A DNA stretch of 64,000 bases, taken from the NCBI GenBank assembly GCA_965217115.1, contig OZ244239.1:2048001-2112000 (forward strand). The letters are read 5' to 3'. The DNA comes from Bdellovibrionales bacterium. Its GTDB lineage: Bacteria > Bdellovibrionota > Bdellovibrionia > Bdellovibrionales > CAYMLA01. The notes under the pieces were generated by a model that saw only the letters and a list, made by a program, of their open reading frames with translations, did no database searches and was not told the DNA's origin. Positions 36,949 to 48,248 of this stretch are shown here, one piece after another. Each line of letters starts with the position of its first letter. Position 1 is the stretch's first letter. Made by a program: the position numbers and the translations under genes.

Positions 36949-37423
36949 TGTAATGATAGAGAGTTCGATTGTTTACAATTTAATAGGGCGGTGGGCTTCA
37001 TGGAGAGATGTCTCTGCGGTGTCTCATCTTTTACAGAGAGTGAGTCAAGCTCACCCCGAGGTTTTAGGTCTGAATCACTCGGATGAAGAGTTAAAAAAAT
37101 CTGTGGAAAATCAAGAGCTTTTTATTGGAGATAGGGGTCGCGGCGTGTGCGCAGCCATTGTCTTCCAAAGGTCACCTGATGTCTGGGAGGTCAAAGCCCT
37201 GGCAACTCAGGTTGAATCCATGGGAAAAAATGTGATGAGTTCCCTTCTACGACAGTGGTTGAACCTTGTCCCCAAAGGAATGGAAGTCTGGCTAGAGACA
37301 CAGGATTCTAACCAAAAAGCCTTGAAATTGTACCTATCTCAAGGGTTTGAACCTGTTGGTGAACGCCCTTCATATTACTCAGATGGAAGTAATGCTGTTT
37401 TGTTGACATGGAGGAGTATATAG
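36917..37423 (+). CDS. GNAT acetyltransferase (RimI-like), start uncertain
   Basis: 'VWLETQDSNQKALKLYLSQGF...RPSYYSDGSNAVL'. Confidence 0.8.
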   Translation: MFAILRRKHFNVMIESSIVYNLIGRWASWRDVSAVSHLLQRVSQAHPEVLGLNHSDEELKKSVENQELFIGDRGRGVCAAIVFQRSPDVWEVKALATQVESMGKNVMSSLLRQWLNLVPKGMEVWLETQDSNQKALKLYLSQGFEPVGERPSYYSDGSNAVLLTWRSI

Positions 37424-37464
37424 GCTTGCTTTGGGCAGAGATGTTTGTTAGGTTCATGGCGACG

Positions 37465-37490
37465 AATGGGCCCTTGTGCCCATTTTTTTG
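37465..37490 (+). promoter_or_regulatory. hairpin plus U-tract leader upstream of rimP
   Basis: GAATGGGC-CCTTGT-GCCCATTTTTTT, similar to the hairpin commonly found 5' of rimP. Confidence 0.6.
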
Positions 37491-37522
37491 TGTGTTTAAC
37501 ATTATTTTAACTGGAATGACCT

Positions 37523-38044
37523 ATGCCTGAAAACCTTCTGACCCATGTAAAAGGGTTAGCTGAACAAGTGACCCAGAGAGAAGGGTGTGAACTTTACGAT
37601 GTGGAGTTTTCAGGGACAGGCCGTCATCGAGTTCTTAGGGTTTATGTGGATAAGCCTGGCGGAGTGGGAATTGAGGATTGCACAAACGTTTCCCGCGGTC
37701 TGAATTTACTTCTCGATGTAGAGGATGTTGTTCCTGGCGGGGAGTATAGCTTGGAGGTTTCAAGTCCTGGTTTGGAGAGACCTCTGCGTTATTCACGGCA
37801 CTTTTCCTCTGTGATTGGTGAGAAGATTTGGGTGAAGACGGAAGCTGTTTTGGAAAAATATGGTGTGGAAGACCGTAGTTTATGTAAAGGAAAGCAAGTG
37901 AAGGGGATTTTAGAATCAGTTTTAGAAAAAGAGATCTGTTTACGAATTGAGTCGGGTTTATTGCAAATTCCACTTGAGGCAATCAATCAATCAAAGCTGG
38001 TCTTTGATTTTAATAAGAAGCAAGAGAGAGTCATTGTAAAATAA
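37523..38044 (+). CDS. rimP: ribosome maturation factor RimP
   Basis: 'LRVYVDKPGGVGIEDC', 'YSLEVSSPGLERPL'. Confidence 0.96.
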   Translation: MPENLLTHVKGLAEQVTQREGCELYDVEFSGTGRHRVLRVYVDKPGGVGIEDCTNVSRGLNLLLDVEDVVPGGEYSLEVSSPGLERPLRYSRHFSSVIGEKIWVKTEAVLEKYGVEDRSLCKGKQVKGILESVLEKEICLRIESGLLQIPLEAINQSKLVFDFNKKQERVIVK

Positions 38045-38069
38045 CAGTCATGAACGAGAGGTAATTGTT

Positions 38070-39554
38070 GTGGCAGATAAAATGTTTTCAGATATAGATC
38101 GAGTTATGGAACAAATAGGTAAGGATAAAGGTATCGACAAGCAAGTCGTTGTCGAGGCAGTGACTCAGGGTATGCTTGTCGCTGCTCGCAAGAAGTACGG
38201 AACTTACAGGGATATTGAAGCTCAGTTTAATGAAGAGACAGGTGAGATTGAGCTCTATGAATTCAAAGAAGTTGTCACTCCTGATAAGTTTGAAGATGAG
38301 TTGATTGAGATTATTTTAGATGAGGCCCTTGCATTGGACCCAGAGGCGCAATTGACAGATACGATTGGAATTCGCTTGGATATTGGTGAATTGGGAAGAA
38401 TTGCAGTTCAGACGGCCCGTCAGATTATTTTGCAAAAAGTACGGGATGCTGAGCGGGAAATTATTTACTCAGAGTTTGAACAAAAACGTGGTGATATTGC
38501 TTCAGGGATTGCCCGACGAGTGGAGAGAGGTTCCTTAGTTGTGGATTTAGGACGCACAGAAGCGTACATTCCTCCAAGAGAGCAGATACCTGGCGAGACT
38601 TATCGTCCTGGCGATCGACTTCAAGGTTTTATTGCAGATGTTCGTCAAACCACCCGTGGACCCCAGATTATTATGTCCCGTGCTGATAATCGTTATCTCA
38701 TGAAATTATTTGAAGCTGAAGTTCCAGAAATACAAGACGGTATTGTGGAGATGATGGCGGCAGCCCGTGAGCCTGGGCATAGAGCAAAAATAGCTGTTGC
38801 GACCAAAGAAGCCTCGGTTGACCCTGTGGGCGCCTGTGTGGGAATGCGGGGAAGTCGTGTGCAAAATGTCGTGCAGGAACTTCAGGGAGAAAAAATTGAT
38901 ATAGTTCCTTGGGATGAAGATATAACTCAGTTTGCTTGCAACGCCTTGGCCCCAGCCGAAGTGTCCCGTGTGTTTTTGGATGAAGAAAATAAGGAAATGG
39001 AAATTGTTGTTCCCGATAATCAATTGAGTTTGGCCATCGGAAAGAGAGGTCAGAACGTTCGCTTAGCAGCTAAGTTAACTGGCTGGAGACTGGATATCAT
39101 GTCAGAAACGAATGCAGCATCTCGCACGGCAGAGTCAATATTTAACTTAATGTTGATTCCAGGCATGGATGAGGTTGTGGCGCATAATTTGTTTCAATCA
39201 GGATTTGGATCTTTCCAAGTCATTTCTCAAACAGATGTGGAAGATGTCATGCTCGTGTCTGGTTATGAAGAGACTGAAAAAGCGCAGAAACTCATTGAGG
39301 ATTGTAAGGCATTGATTGAAGATTACAAAGCTAAGGGAGAAGAGATTCCTAAGGCTCCAGTTGCAGTAGAGAGATCTGAGAAGATGACTGGGGGCATGGA
39401 TGCTAAGGCCTTGGCTGAACATCGTTTGAAAGAAGAAATGGCTCAGTTAATGGGACAACAAGAAAAAGAGAAAGAAGAAAAAGAAGAGAAAGAAGAAGAA
39501 GAGAAGAGAGAAGAAAACACTGAATCTGCTGAGGGAGAAGAGGTAGAGGCATAG
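38070..39554 (+). CDS. nusA: transcription termination/antitermination factor NusA
   Basis: S1/KH domains, 'AREPGHRAKIAV', 'SLAIGKRGQNVRLAAKLTGW'. Confidence 0.97.
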   Translation: MADKMFSDIDRVMEQIGKDKGIDKQVVVEAVTQGMLVAARKKYGTYRDIEAQFNEETGEIELYEFKEVVTPDKFEDELIEIILDEALALDPEAQLTDTIGIRLDIGELGRIAVQTARQIILQKVRDAEREIIYSEFEQKRGDIASGIARRVERGSLVVDLGRTEAYIPPREQIPGETYRPGDRLQGFIADVRQTTRGPQIIMSRADNRYLMKLFEAEVPEIQDGIVEMMAAAREPGHRAKIAVATKEASVDPVGACVGMRGSRVQNVVQELQGEKIDIVPWDEDITQFACNALAPAEVSRVFLDEENKEMEIVVPDNQLSLAIGKRGQNVRLAAKLTGWRLDIMSETNAASRTAESIFNLMLIPGMDEVVAHNLFQSGFGSFQVISQTDVEDVMLVSGYEETEKAQKLIEDCKALIEDYKAKGEEIPKAPVAVERSEKMTGGMDAKALAEHRLKEEMAQLMGQQEKEKEEKEEKEEEEKREENTESAEGEEVEA

Positions 39555-39598
39555 GTCAGTTTCAATTTATTTGAAGTGGTTATTTTTAGGGAGAGATA

Positions 39599-42481
39599 GT
39601 GAAAAGCCTTAAGGTTTTTGAATTTGCAAAAGAAATTGACATTGAGACTTTGGTTTTGATGGATAAGATTCGTGGGTGGAAGCTCCCGGTGAAAAGCCAT
39701 ATGGCTGATCTTAATGAAGAGCTTATTGAAGTCATCAAAGATAAGTTAATTCAAGAGAAGACAGGCAAAGCGCCTAAGAAGAAAGTGGTGAAGAAAAAAG
39801 CCGCAGCGGGAAAGAAGACAAAAAAAGCTGTAGCGGAAAAGACAGCGGAAAAAACAACGAAGAAAACAGCGAAGAAAACAGCGAAAAAAGCAGCTAAGAA
39901 GACGGCCAAAAAAACAGCTAAAAAAACGGCTAAGAAGACAGCCAAAAAAACAGCTAAAAAGGCTGTGGTTAAGAAGAAACCAACCCCTAAGTTGACTAAG
40001 GCGACGGGTAAAAAGATTGTTGCCAAAGCAGTGGAAGAGGTCAAAGAGGAAACAGGGCCTAAGAAAGCTCGTAGAACAGTTATTCGCCGTAGAAAAGCAG
40101 ATATCGTTGAGCAAGTTGATTTAGAAAGTGAAATTCAGGCACAGAACGTGGTGCCGGAAGTGATTTCTGATGAAGCTAAACCTGTAGAAAGTGTAGAAGA
40201 GGGTTTTACGCCAGAGAGTGCCGTCGTTGCGAACGATGAGAGTGCCGTAAAAGTTAAGGCGAGTGTAGAGGAAGAAAAAGAAATTAAGAAAAAAGCTCGC
40301 AAGGGCAAGGTTGAAGTCTCTATTGGGGCAAGTGGTCTGTCTAGCCCTAAACCACGGAATAATATTGTTGGTAAAATGGATTTAAATCGCACGGATTCCT
40401 CTAGAGGCCCCAGTCAAGCAGGTGGTGATAGTGCTGCTGGACGTACTCGCACAGAAACTCGTAATATTAGAACGGGTTTTGTGGCTCAGCAACCTGCAGG
40501 TTTTCCTCCAGTAAATGCAAGGGGTGATAAAGATAAATCTCCCTATAAAAAAACAGTAAAGAGAGGCAGTGCTGGGAGTAATACGGCCCCAACAGAGGCA
40601 CCGCCTCTATTTGCAGCAGCAGATTTCCGTAAGCGAGAGATGGTTTTCCAACCTAGGAAGAAGAAAACTTTTAGTACGGGTGTGGCTAAGAAAACTCAAA
40701 TAACCACTCCTAAAGCTAGCAAGAGATTAGTAAAGGTTTCTGGAGCGATGCTAGTATCTGATTTGGCTCAAGAGATGAACGTGAAGGTGGGAAAATTAAC
40801 AAGGGTTTTAATGACTAATGGCGTGACTGCTAAAATAACAGATGAATTAGACTTCGACACGATTTCTTTAATTGCTCCTGAATTTAATTTCGAAGCTGTG
40901 AGCGTGCAGAAAACAGAGGAGATAGTTATTGAGTCCGTAGCTTTTGGTGATGTGGATGCAAAGCTTACAAGCAGAGCACCTGTGGTGACAGTGATGGGTC
41001 ATGTTGATCATGGTAAGACAAGTTTGCTCGATGTTATTCGTAACACCGATGTCATCTCTGGAGAGTCGGGGGGCATCACTCAGCACATAGGTGCTTATAG
41101 TGTTACGTTAGAGGACGGTCGAGTGGTGACCTTTATTGATACCCCTGGGCATGCGGCTTTTACGGCCATGCGTGCGCGTGGTGCTGACGCCACTGATATT
41201 GTGATATTGGTCGTGGCGGCAGATGATGGTGTTATGCCGCAGACTGAAGAGGCTATTAATCATGCTAAGGCTGCGGGTGTTCCCATTGTTGTCGCTGTGA
41301 ATAAGATCGATAAAGAAGGGGCTAATCCTGAAAAAATTAAACAGCAATTGGCTGAGCATGAATTGGTGCCAGAGGATTGGGGTGGTGAGACGGCTTTTTG
41401 TGAAGTGTCAGCTTTGCAAAAAACAGGAGTTAAAGAATTATTAGAGAGTGTGCTTTTGATTTCTGAGATGTCAGAATTTAAAGCTAATCCAGAGCGCTCA
41501 GGCTCAGGGATAGTGATTGAGTCACAGATAGTGAAAGGTCGTGGGCCTGTTGCGACTATTTTAGTCAAAGATGGAACCGTCAAGATAGGTCAACACATCG
41601 TGGCTGGTTGTGAGTATGGAAAGGTTAGAAATTTAATAGATCATAAAGGCAAGATGGCCAAAGAGGCGGGGCCAAGTGTTCCCGTGGAAGTTTTAGGATT
41701 ATCGGGAGCGCCTTTAGCTGGTGATCGTTTTGATATTTGCAAAGATGAGAAAGCAGTTAAAGAGTTGATAGATCTTAGAATCACAGAGAGAGATAAGTTA
41801 GAGGAGACTCCCCATTCTGGAATGTCTCTGGATGATATATTCGCCAAGGTAAAGCAGGGTAATTTGAAAGAGCTTCCCATTGTTTTAAAAACAGATGTGG
41901 CGGGAACAGGAGAGGCGATCCGTGGAATGTTCGCCAAGATTGGTAACGAAGAAGTACAGCCTAAAATCATTCATTCAGGAGTGGGCAGTATTAATGAGTC
42001 AGATGTTCTTTTAGCAAGCACTGCTGAAGGTGTTGTTATTGGTTTTAATACAAAACCAGATAATGGCGCGATGGCTAAGTCAAAAGAGCGGGGCGTGAGC
42101 ATTCAAACCTATGGCGTGGTCTATGAATTAGTGGATGATATAAAAGCAGCTCTGAGTAAGTTATTAGATCCAGATATCGTGGAGGCTCCTTTAGGGACTG
42201 CGGAAGTTCGTGAAATTTTTAAGGTCCCTCGCATAGGTTTTATTGGTGGTTGCATGGTTTCTGATGGAACTATTAGTCGTGATTCTCTATTGAGATTGGT
42301 CCGAGATGGAAAAGCAATTCATGAGGGCAAAGTCTCTAGTTTGAAACGTTTTAAAGATGATGCCAAAGAAGTCAAAACAGGTTTTGAATGTGGTATCGGT
42401 ATCGAAGGCTACACTGATTTACAACCAGGTGATGTGATCGAGGCCTACGAAGAAAAAGAAGTGGCCCGTACACTAGATTAG
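39599..42481 (+). CDS. infB: translation initiation factor IF-2
   Basis: '[14 protein letters not shown]', 'DTPGHAAF', '[12 protein letters not shown]...ECGI'. Confidence 0.98.
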   Translation: MKSLKVFEFAKEIDIETLVLMDKIRGWKLPVKSHMADLNEELIEVIKDKLIQEKTGKAPKKKVVKKKAAAGKKTKKAVAEKTAEKTTKKTAKKTAKKAAKKTAKKTAKKTAKKTAKKTAKKAVVKKKPTPKLTKATGKKIVAKAVEEVKEETGPKKARRTVIRRRKADIVEQVDLESEIQAQNVVPEVISDEAKPVESVEEGFTPESAVVANDESAVKVKASVEEEKEIKKKARKGKVEVSIGASGLSSPKPRNNIVGKMDLNRTDSSRGPSQAGGDSAAGRTRTETRNIRTGFVAQQPAGFPPVNARGDKDKSPYKKTVKRGSAGSNTAPTEAPPLFAAADFRKREMVFQPRKKKTFSTGVAKKTQITTPKASKRLVKVSGAMLVSDLAQEMNVKVGKLTRVLMTNGVTAKITDELDFDTISLIAPEFNFEAVSVQKTEEIVIESVAFGDVDAKLTSRAPVVTVMGHVDHGKTSLLDVIRNTDVISGESGGITQHIGAYSVTLEDGRVVTFIDTPGHAAFTAMRARGADATDIVILVVAADDGVMPQTEEAINHAKAAGVPIVVAVNKIDKEGANPEKIKQQLAEHELVPEDWGGETAFCEVSALQKTGVKELLESVLLISEMSEFKANPERSGSGIVIESQIVKGRGPVATILVKDGTVKIGQHIVAGCEYGKVRNLIDHKGKMAKEAGPSVPVEVLGLSGAPLAGDRFDICKDEKAVKELIDLRITERDKLEETPHSGMSLDDIFAKVKQGNLKELPIVLKTDVAGTGEAIRGMFAKIGNEEVQPKIIHSGVGSINESDVLLASTAEGVVIGFNTKPDNGAMAKSKERGVSIQTYGVVYELVDDIKAALSKLLDPDIVEAPLGTAEVREIFKVPRIGFIGGCMVSDGTISRDSLLRLVRDGKAIHEGKVSSLKRFKDDAKEVKTGFECGIGIEGYTDLQPGDVIEAYEEKEVARTLD

Positions 42482-42517
42482 TGCATTGGATTAGAATATA
42501 ATATTAAAGGTCCTAGT

Positions 42518-42904
42518 ATGGGTGAGAGCCGTCGCGTTTTAAAAGTCGAGAAAGAAGTTCGAGAGATTGTAGGGAGTTTCTTGTCTAGAGATTTTCTTGG
42601 TAGATTTCCGATTCTGGTCACTGTGTCCCGTGTCTGTTTGAACAAGGATTTGCGACAGGGAAGAGTGTTTGTCACTATGATGGGTGTCGATGGTGGAGAG
42701 AATGATTTAGAAGATGAAGTCATAGAAGCATTGAATAAAAAATCTCCCGAAATTCAATTTGAAATCAACCGTAAATTACGAATGAAATTTTGTCCAAAAC
42801 TAACATTCTCTGTGGATCAGTCTATAGAAAAGGTCTTACACATAGAGAGAGTCCTCCATGGCTTGCAGAAGAGCACAGAGCAAAATATAGAGAAGGATGA
42901 ATAA
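42518..42904 (+). CDS. rbfA: ribosome-binding factor A
   Basis: 'VTVSRV...KDLRQGRVFV', 'LRMKFCPKLTFSVD'; position after infB. Confidence 0.9.
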   Translation: MGESRRVLKVEKEVREIVGSFLSRDFLGRFPILVTVSRVCLNKDLRQGRVFVTMMGVDGGENDLEDEVIEALNKKSPEIQFEINRKLRMKFCPKLTFSVDQSIEKVLHIERVLHGLQKSTEQNIEKDE

Positions 42905-43844
42905 GATGGGTCGTGATAGAGGAGCATCTTCTATAAATGGTTTAATACTTGTTGATAAGCCTGTAGGTATCACTAGCCATGATGTGGTGAGTAAGGTTCG
43001 TCGTATTTTAGGAACTCGCAGAGTGGGGCATAGCGGAACTCTAGACCCCTTGGCTTCGGGATTAATGGTGTTGCTTATTGGAGATGGCACTAAGCTGAGT
43101 CGCTATGTTTTAGAAGAAAACAAAAGCTATGAACTGTGTTTTGAGTTAGGTAAAACAACGGATACACTCGATATTACAGGGGAGGTTCTTTCAGAAGAGC
43201 CAGTTGATATTAGTCTTGAGAAGTTACAAGAAGCTGTGAATGATTTTGAGGGTGTGTTTAATTGGTCTGTTCCCCGTTATTCGGCAGTTAAGATTGCCGG
43301 TAAGAAACTCTATGAATACGCAAGAGAGGGGGTTGAAGTGGAGCGCCCTGTTAAGAAGATGAAATTTTGGGATGTAAAATCCCTTGAACTAGGTTCAAAG
43401 CATGGACGAATCTCTCTGTCTTGTTCTAAAGGGAGTTACATCCGCTCTTGGGTGGATGAATTAGGGAAACACTTGGGCTGCGGGGCTGTTTTGACGGAAT
43501 TACGTCGAATGTCATCCCAACCCTACGAAGTCTCTCAATCCGTGACTTTGAAGGCCTTGCAAGGTGAGATGGATGAGAGGGGCTGCGTGGAGCATTTAGA
43601 GTCTTTTATTCCCATGCAAGGCACATTGCCACATTGGAAGGCCTGCTCTGTTTCTGGACGTAATGAGGCACTTCTGTGCAATGGACAAATATCAACTGAT
43701 CTGAAAGGACGCCTGGGAAGTTTTGTTGGTTTAGAAGGGGACCTCTCAGGGGTGAAAGTCTTGAGTGGAGAGAATCAGAAGCTCTTGGCACTGGTTCATT
43801 TTATTCCAGGAAGCGGATTTCAAATAGGACGGGTCTTTAATTAA
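42897..43844 (+). CDS. truB: tRNA pseudouridine(55) synthase
   Basis: 'DKPVGITSHDVV', 'VGHSGTLDPLASG', 'CSKGSYIRS'. Confidence 0.96.
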   Translation: MNKMGRDRGASSINGLILVDKPVGITSHDVVSKVRRILGTRRVGHSGTLDPLASGLMVLLIGDGTKLSRYVLEENKSYELCFELGKTTDTLDITGEVLSEEPVDISLEKLQEAVNDFEGVFNWSVPRYSAVKIAGKKLYEYAREGVEVERPVKKMKFWDVKSLELGSKHGRISLSCSKGSYIRSWVDELGKHLGCGAVLTELRRMSSQPYEVSQSVTLKALQGEMDERGCVEHLESFIPMQGTLPHWKACSVSGRNEALLCNGQISTDLKGRLGSFVGLEGDLSGVKVLSGENQKLLALVHFIPGSGFQIGRVFN

Positions 43845-44050
43845 TTGAGTAACTTATTGACCCTCCGTGTGTTTTTACGGTACAAATTGCCGTTCATAAC
43901 AGAATATCTCTTTTTAGCGACAGCCATGACGCTTTAAGGGGGGTCTGGGTGTTGGTGACTGACAGAATATTGATGGATTCAATTCTTTGATGAAATCACC
44001 TTTTTCAAAAGATCTGGCATTTTTAACCTTTAAAACTCTTTGGAGGGAAA

Positions 44051-44320
44051 ATGGCATTGCACAAAGAAGTCGTAGGACAAGTTCTTAAAAAATTTCGTCG
44101 AAATGAATTGGACACAGGCAGCACTGAAATTCAAGTGGCCTTGTTGACGACGAGAATATTACAACTCACTGAACATTTTAAAATTCATAAAAAAGACAAC
44201 CACGGTCGCTTAGGACTTGTGAAGATGGTGAGCAAACGTCGTAAATTGTTAAAATACCTAAAAAGCAATGACCTAGCTAAGTACAACGAAACGATTAAAG
44301 AGCTGGGACTTAGAAAATAA
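44051..44320 (+). CDS. rpsO: 30S ribosomal protein S15
   Basis: 'DTGSTEIQVALLT', 'HKKDNHGRLGL'. Confidence 0.97.
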   Translation: MALHKEVVGQVLKKFRRNELDTGSTEIQVALLTTRILQLTEHFKIHKKDNHGRLGLVKMVSKRRKLLKYLKSNDLAKYNETIKELGLRK

Positions 44321-44353
44321 TTAAATCTGATAGATTAATCTTAAGGAGATAAA

Positions 44354-46465
44354 ATGACGCCAATAACTGTGACCACCACGTTAGGTGGAAAAGATGTAAC
44401 TATTGAAACGGGTCGAATTGCTAAGCAAGCAGACGGTTCAGCTCTTGTAACCTGCGGAAGCAATATTGTTCTTGTGACAGCGGTGTCATCAAGATCAGAG
44501 AGCAAGATGGATTTCTTTCCATTAACTTGTGAGTTTTTAGAAAAATCCTACGCGGCAGGAAGATTCCCTGGTGGTTTCTTTAAACGAGAAGCTAAGCCGA
44601 ATGTTGATGCAACTCTAAGTGCGCGTTCAATGGATCGCCCTATTCGCCCGATGTTTCCCGAAGGATATCGTCGGGACACACAAGTGGTTGCGACTATTTT
44701 GAGCAGTGATGGAACTTATTCCATGGATTCCTTAGCCTCTATTGGAGCTTCGGCAGCTTTGCATATTTCTGCAATTCCCTTTAATGGGCCGACAGCGACT
44801 GTTGTTGTTGGGCGTGTAGAGGGAGAGCTTGTTATTAACCCAAGTCCAAGTGAATTAGAAAAATCTGATTTAGAAATTGTGGTGGCGGGGACTCGCAAGG
44901 GTCTTTTAATGGTTGAAGGTGAAGCGGAGTTTGTCGCTGAAGCGGATATCTTAGAGGCATTGAAATTTGCCCATAAAATGATTTTACCACTTATTGATCT
45001 TCAGGATGAATTACTTAAGAAAGTAGGGGCTAAAGAGAAGAGAGAGTTCATTGCCTTTACAGTTGATTCAGATTTTAAAAAACAAGCAGAAGAGTTTTGC
45101 GCACCAAAAGTTAAAGAGGCTCTAGGTATTCGTAATAAACTAGAGCGCTATGCCGCTGTGGATGCCTTGAAAGTAGAGGCAACAGAAAAATTTATTGCAA
45201 GTATTGGAGAAAAAGACCTAAAGGAACTGCGTAAAAAAGAATTGGGAATTATCATTGGTGACTTGAAGTACGACATCTCTCGTAGCACGCTCTTGGATAC
45301 AGGAGTGAGAATTGATGGTCGTGATTCTAAGAAAATTCGTCCGATCTTTTGTGAAGTGGCTCTATTACCGAGAGCCCATGGTTCGGGTTTATTCACTCGT
45401 GGAGAGACCCAAGTTCTAGGAACTGTGACTCTGGGAACTAAGGATGACGAACAGAGCATTGATGCTCTCAATGGAATGTATAAAAAGAATTTTCTCTTAC
45501 ATTACAACTTCCCTCCTTACTGTGTGGGTGAAGCTGGTCGTCTTGGATTTACAAGTCGACGTGAATTAGGTCATGGTTCTTTGGCTGAAAAGGCTTTGAG
45601 ACCAATACTGCCTTCTGCTGAAAAATGGCCTTACACGATTCGGGTGGTAGGGGATGTCATGGAATCTAACGGTTCTAGCTCCATGGGAACTGTCTGTGCT
45701 GGAACGATGGCGTTGCTAGATGCCGGTGTGCCTATTAAAAGCAATGTAGCCGGTATTGCCATGGGTTTGATTACCGATAATAAACGAGTGGCGATTTTAT
45801 CAGATATCTTAGGTGATGAGGATCATTTGGGAGATATGGATTTTAAAGTGACAGGAACACGTGAAGGAATCACGGCCTTGCAAATGGATATTAAAATAGA
45901 CAGTATCTCTTTTGATATTATGCAAGAGGCTATGATGCAGGCTAAAGAAGGTCGAAATCATATTCTAGATGAAATGGAGAAAGCGATTCAACAGCCTCGT
46001 GAAGAGATTTCTGAGTACGCTCCCCGTATTATTTCTATTAAAGTAAAACCAGACAAGGTCAGAGAGGTGATCGGTGCTGGTGGTAAAGTTATCCGAGGTA
46101 TTGTTGAAGAGACGGGTGTTAAAATTGACATTGAAGATGATGGAACAATTAACATCGCATCGACAGATCCTGAAGCCAGTAAGGCGGCGATTAAAATGAT
46201 TGAAGACATTGTCTCTGAAGCGGAATTGGGTAAGACCTATAAGGGAAAAGTTGTTAAAATTGTTGATTTTGGTGCCTTCGTTGAAGTGTTGCCAGGCTCC
46301 CAAGGATTGCTACATATTTCTGAAATTAGCCATGAGAGAATTCGTTCGGTGGATGAGGTTCTCAAAGAGGGTGATGAAGTGGATGTGAAGGTTCTTGATG
46401 TGGATAGATCTGGACGTATAAAACTTTCCCGCAAGGCTCTGCTGTCAAATGAGCAACAACACTGA
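44354..46465 (+). CDS. pnp: polyribonucleotide nucleotidyltransferase
   Basis: 'DFFPLT', 'RRELGHG', 'ESNGSSSM', 'GDMDFKV', KH and S1 domains. Confidence 0.98.
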   Translation: MTPITVTTTLGGKDVTIETGRIAKQADGSALVTCGSNIVLVTAVSSRSESKMDFFPLTCEFLEKSYAAGRFPGGFFKREAKPNVDATLSARSMDRPIRPMFPEGYRRDTQVVATILSSDGTYSMDSLASIGASAALHISAIPFNGPTATVVVGRVEGELVINPSPSELEKSDLEIVVAGTRKGLLMVEGEAEFVAEADILEALKFAHKMILPLIDLQDELLKKVGAKEKREFIAFTVDSDFKKQAEEFCAPKVKEALGIRNKLERYAAVDALKVEATEKFIASIGEKDLKELRKKELGIIIGDLKYDISRSTLLDTGVRIDGRDSKKIRPIFCEVALLPRAHGSGLFTRGETQVLGTVTLGTKDDEQSIDALNGMYKKNFLLHYNFPPYCVGEAGRLGFTSRRELGHGSLAEKALRPILPSAEKWPYTIRVVGDVMESNGSSSMGTVCAGTMALLDAGVPIKSNVAGIAMGLITDNKRVAILSDILGDEDHLGDMDFKVTGTREGITALQMDIKIDSISFDIMQEAMMQAKEGRNHILDEMEKAIQQPREEISEYAPRIISIKVKPDKVREVIGAGGKVIRGIVEETGVKIDIEDDGTINIASTDPEASKAAIKMIEDIVSEAELGKTYKGKVVKIVDFGAFVEVLPGSQGLLHISEISHERIRSVDEVLKEGDEVDVKVLDVDRSGRIKLSRKALLSNEQQH

Positions 46466-46510
46466 GGTTGAATTTTGCAAAAGGCTCTTCTTTGAAATCG
46501 ATGGAGGGCC

Positions 46511-47773
46511 ATGGCAGTCTTTAACAAAACAATTCTAAGTAATGGCATTCGTGTTTTGACGGAGAGCCATAAAAACTCCTTGGCACTTTGTTGTGGTATT
46601 TTTGTCGACGTGGGCTCTAGAGATGAACCAGAGCCATGGGCAGGGATAACCCATTTCCTAGAACATTTAGTTTTTAAAGGGACGCAAAAGAGAGATGCCT
46701 ATGAATTGGCGCGTGTGATGGAGTCTGTGGGGGGAGAGCTGAATGCCTATACGTCACGGGATAACACTTGCTTTCACACGCTGAGTTTAGCAAAACATTG
46801 GGAATTGAGTTTAGATGTGTTGTCGGACCTAGTGTCTAGGGCGACCTTTCCAGAGAGTGAATTTGAACGGGAGAAGCAAGTCGTTCTCCATGAAATAGCC
46901 ATGGGCCCTGATAATTTGGAAGAGTTTATCTTTGATCGCTTTTCTCAAGAGATATATGGAGAGCATGGTTTAGCTAGGCCGATCACAGGTTTTAAGGAGA
47001 CGGTAAAGAATCTTAATATTGAGGATGTGAAGAGTTTTTACAATCAACGCTATTGTGGTAAGAACTTAGTTGTTAGTGCAACAGGAAATGTAAATCATAG
47101 GGACTTTGTTGCAAAAGTTCAAGAGCTGCTAGGTCATATTCCGGAAACAGATATTAAAAGCGTTCGTGAAAAGGCAGTTTTTAAAATATCTCGTTTTGTC
47201 GAGACAAAATCATCGGAGCAAGCCCACTTACTGATGGGAATCCCATCGACGAGTTTTAAAGACAGTTTGCGTTTTGAATCCTATGTGATGAATACATTTC
47301 TTGGGGGAGGGATGACCTCCTGTCTTTATCAAAGTGTGCGAGAAAAACGAGGGTTGGCTTATTCGATTTACTCTTACTTGCAGACGTCGATAGACTCGGG
47401 ACTCTTATGTGTCTATGCAGGGACTGAAGAGAAAATGATAGAAGAAGTGTTCAGAGTCTGTGTGGAAGAAATGACTAAAATCAAAGAGCGAGGAGTTTCT
47501 GATAAAGAGTTAATTCTGTATAAGACCCAGGTTCTGGGGAGTGTTTTATTGGGTTCTGAGGATATGGAGAATCGTATGAATTCAATTGCAGTGAATGAAA
47601 TGATTTTTGATCAATACAAGTCTGTTCAAGATATTATGAAAGAGATAGAGGGAGTGTCCGTTGCAACAATGCAAGAGTATTTGGATCATCATTTTGATTT
47701 AGATGCTATTTCTGTAGCTATGATGGGTAACGTAAAAGAAGAGAGATTATCTTCTAATTGGAAGGAGTTATAA
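46511..47773 (+). CDS. M16 family zinc peptidase
   Basis: Inverted zinc motif 'HFLEHLVFKGT'; 'VREKRGLAYS'. Confidence 0.93.
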   Translation: MAVFNKTILSNGIRVLTESHKNSLALCCGIFVDVGSRDEPEPWAGITHFLEHLVFKGTQKRDAYELARVMESVGGELNAYTSRDNTCFHTLSLAKHWELSLDVLSDLVSRATFPESEFEREKQVVLHEIAMGPDNLEEFIFDRFSQEIYGEHGLARPITGFKETVKNLNIEDVKSFYNQRYCGKNLVVSATGNVNHRDFVAKVQELLGHIPETDIKSVREKAVFKISRFVETKSSEQAHLLMGIPSTSFKDSLRFESYVMNTFLGGGMTSCLYQSVREKRGLAYSIYSYLQTSIDSGLLCVYAGTEEKMIEEVFRVCVEEMTKIKERGVSDKELILYKTQVLGSVLLGSEDMENRMNSIAVNEMIFDQYKSVQDIMKEIEGVSVATMQEYLDHHFDLDAISVAMMGNVKEERLSSNWKEL

Positions 47774-47774
47774 A

Positions 47775-48233
47775 ATGTCAGTTTTAGAGAAAATAGTTTT
47801 GCAAATTAAGAAATTAGAAAATTTTAGAGGAGAGCTGCCTTCCTATCAGACTCAAGGGGCGAGTGGTTTTGATGTAAAGGCTCAGCTAGACGATGAGATA
47901 CGACTGTCACCTGGACAAAGGGTTTTAGTGCCAACGGGATTGTCTTTGTCCATTCCCCAGGGCTATGAAATACAGGTGAGACCCAGAAGTGGTTGGGCAG
48001 CTAAGAAAGGGTTGTCTGTTTTAAATACTCCTGGAACTATTGATGCTGATTATCGAGGGGAAATTAAAGTTATTTTAATAAATCTTGGTGAGACCGACGT
48101 GAGTATAAAAAATCAAGATCGCATAGCGCAGTTTGTTCTCTGCCCTGTTTTTCAGGCTGAATTTGAGATCGTTGATAAATTAGATGAAACCTCTCGCAGT
48201 GCTGGTGGATTTGGTAGCACAGGTAAAAGTTAA
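47775..48233 (+). CDS. dut: dUTP diphosphatase
   Basis: 'RPRSG', 'GTIDADYRGEI', 'DRIAQ', 'GGFGSTG'. Confidence 0.97.
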   Translation: MSVLEKIVLQIKKLENFRGELPSYQTQGASGFDVKAQLDDEIRLSPGQRVLVPTGLSLSIPQGYEIQVRPRSGWAAKKGLSVLNTPGTIDADYRGEIKVILINLGETDVSIKNQDRIAQFVLCPVFQAEFEIVDKLDETSRSAGGFGSTGKS

Positions 48234-48248
48234 AACTGATTATTTTGG

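Noticed and set aside
39746..40114. Minus-strand FLAV-repeat ORFs
   Set aside because: Antisense of the IF-2 KKTA tract.
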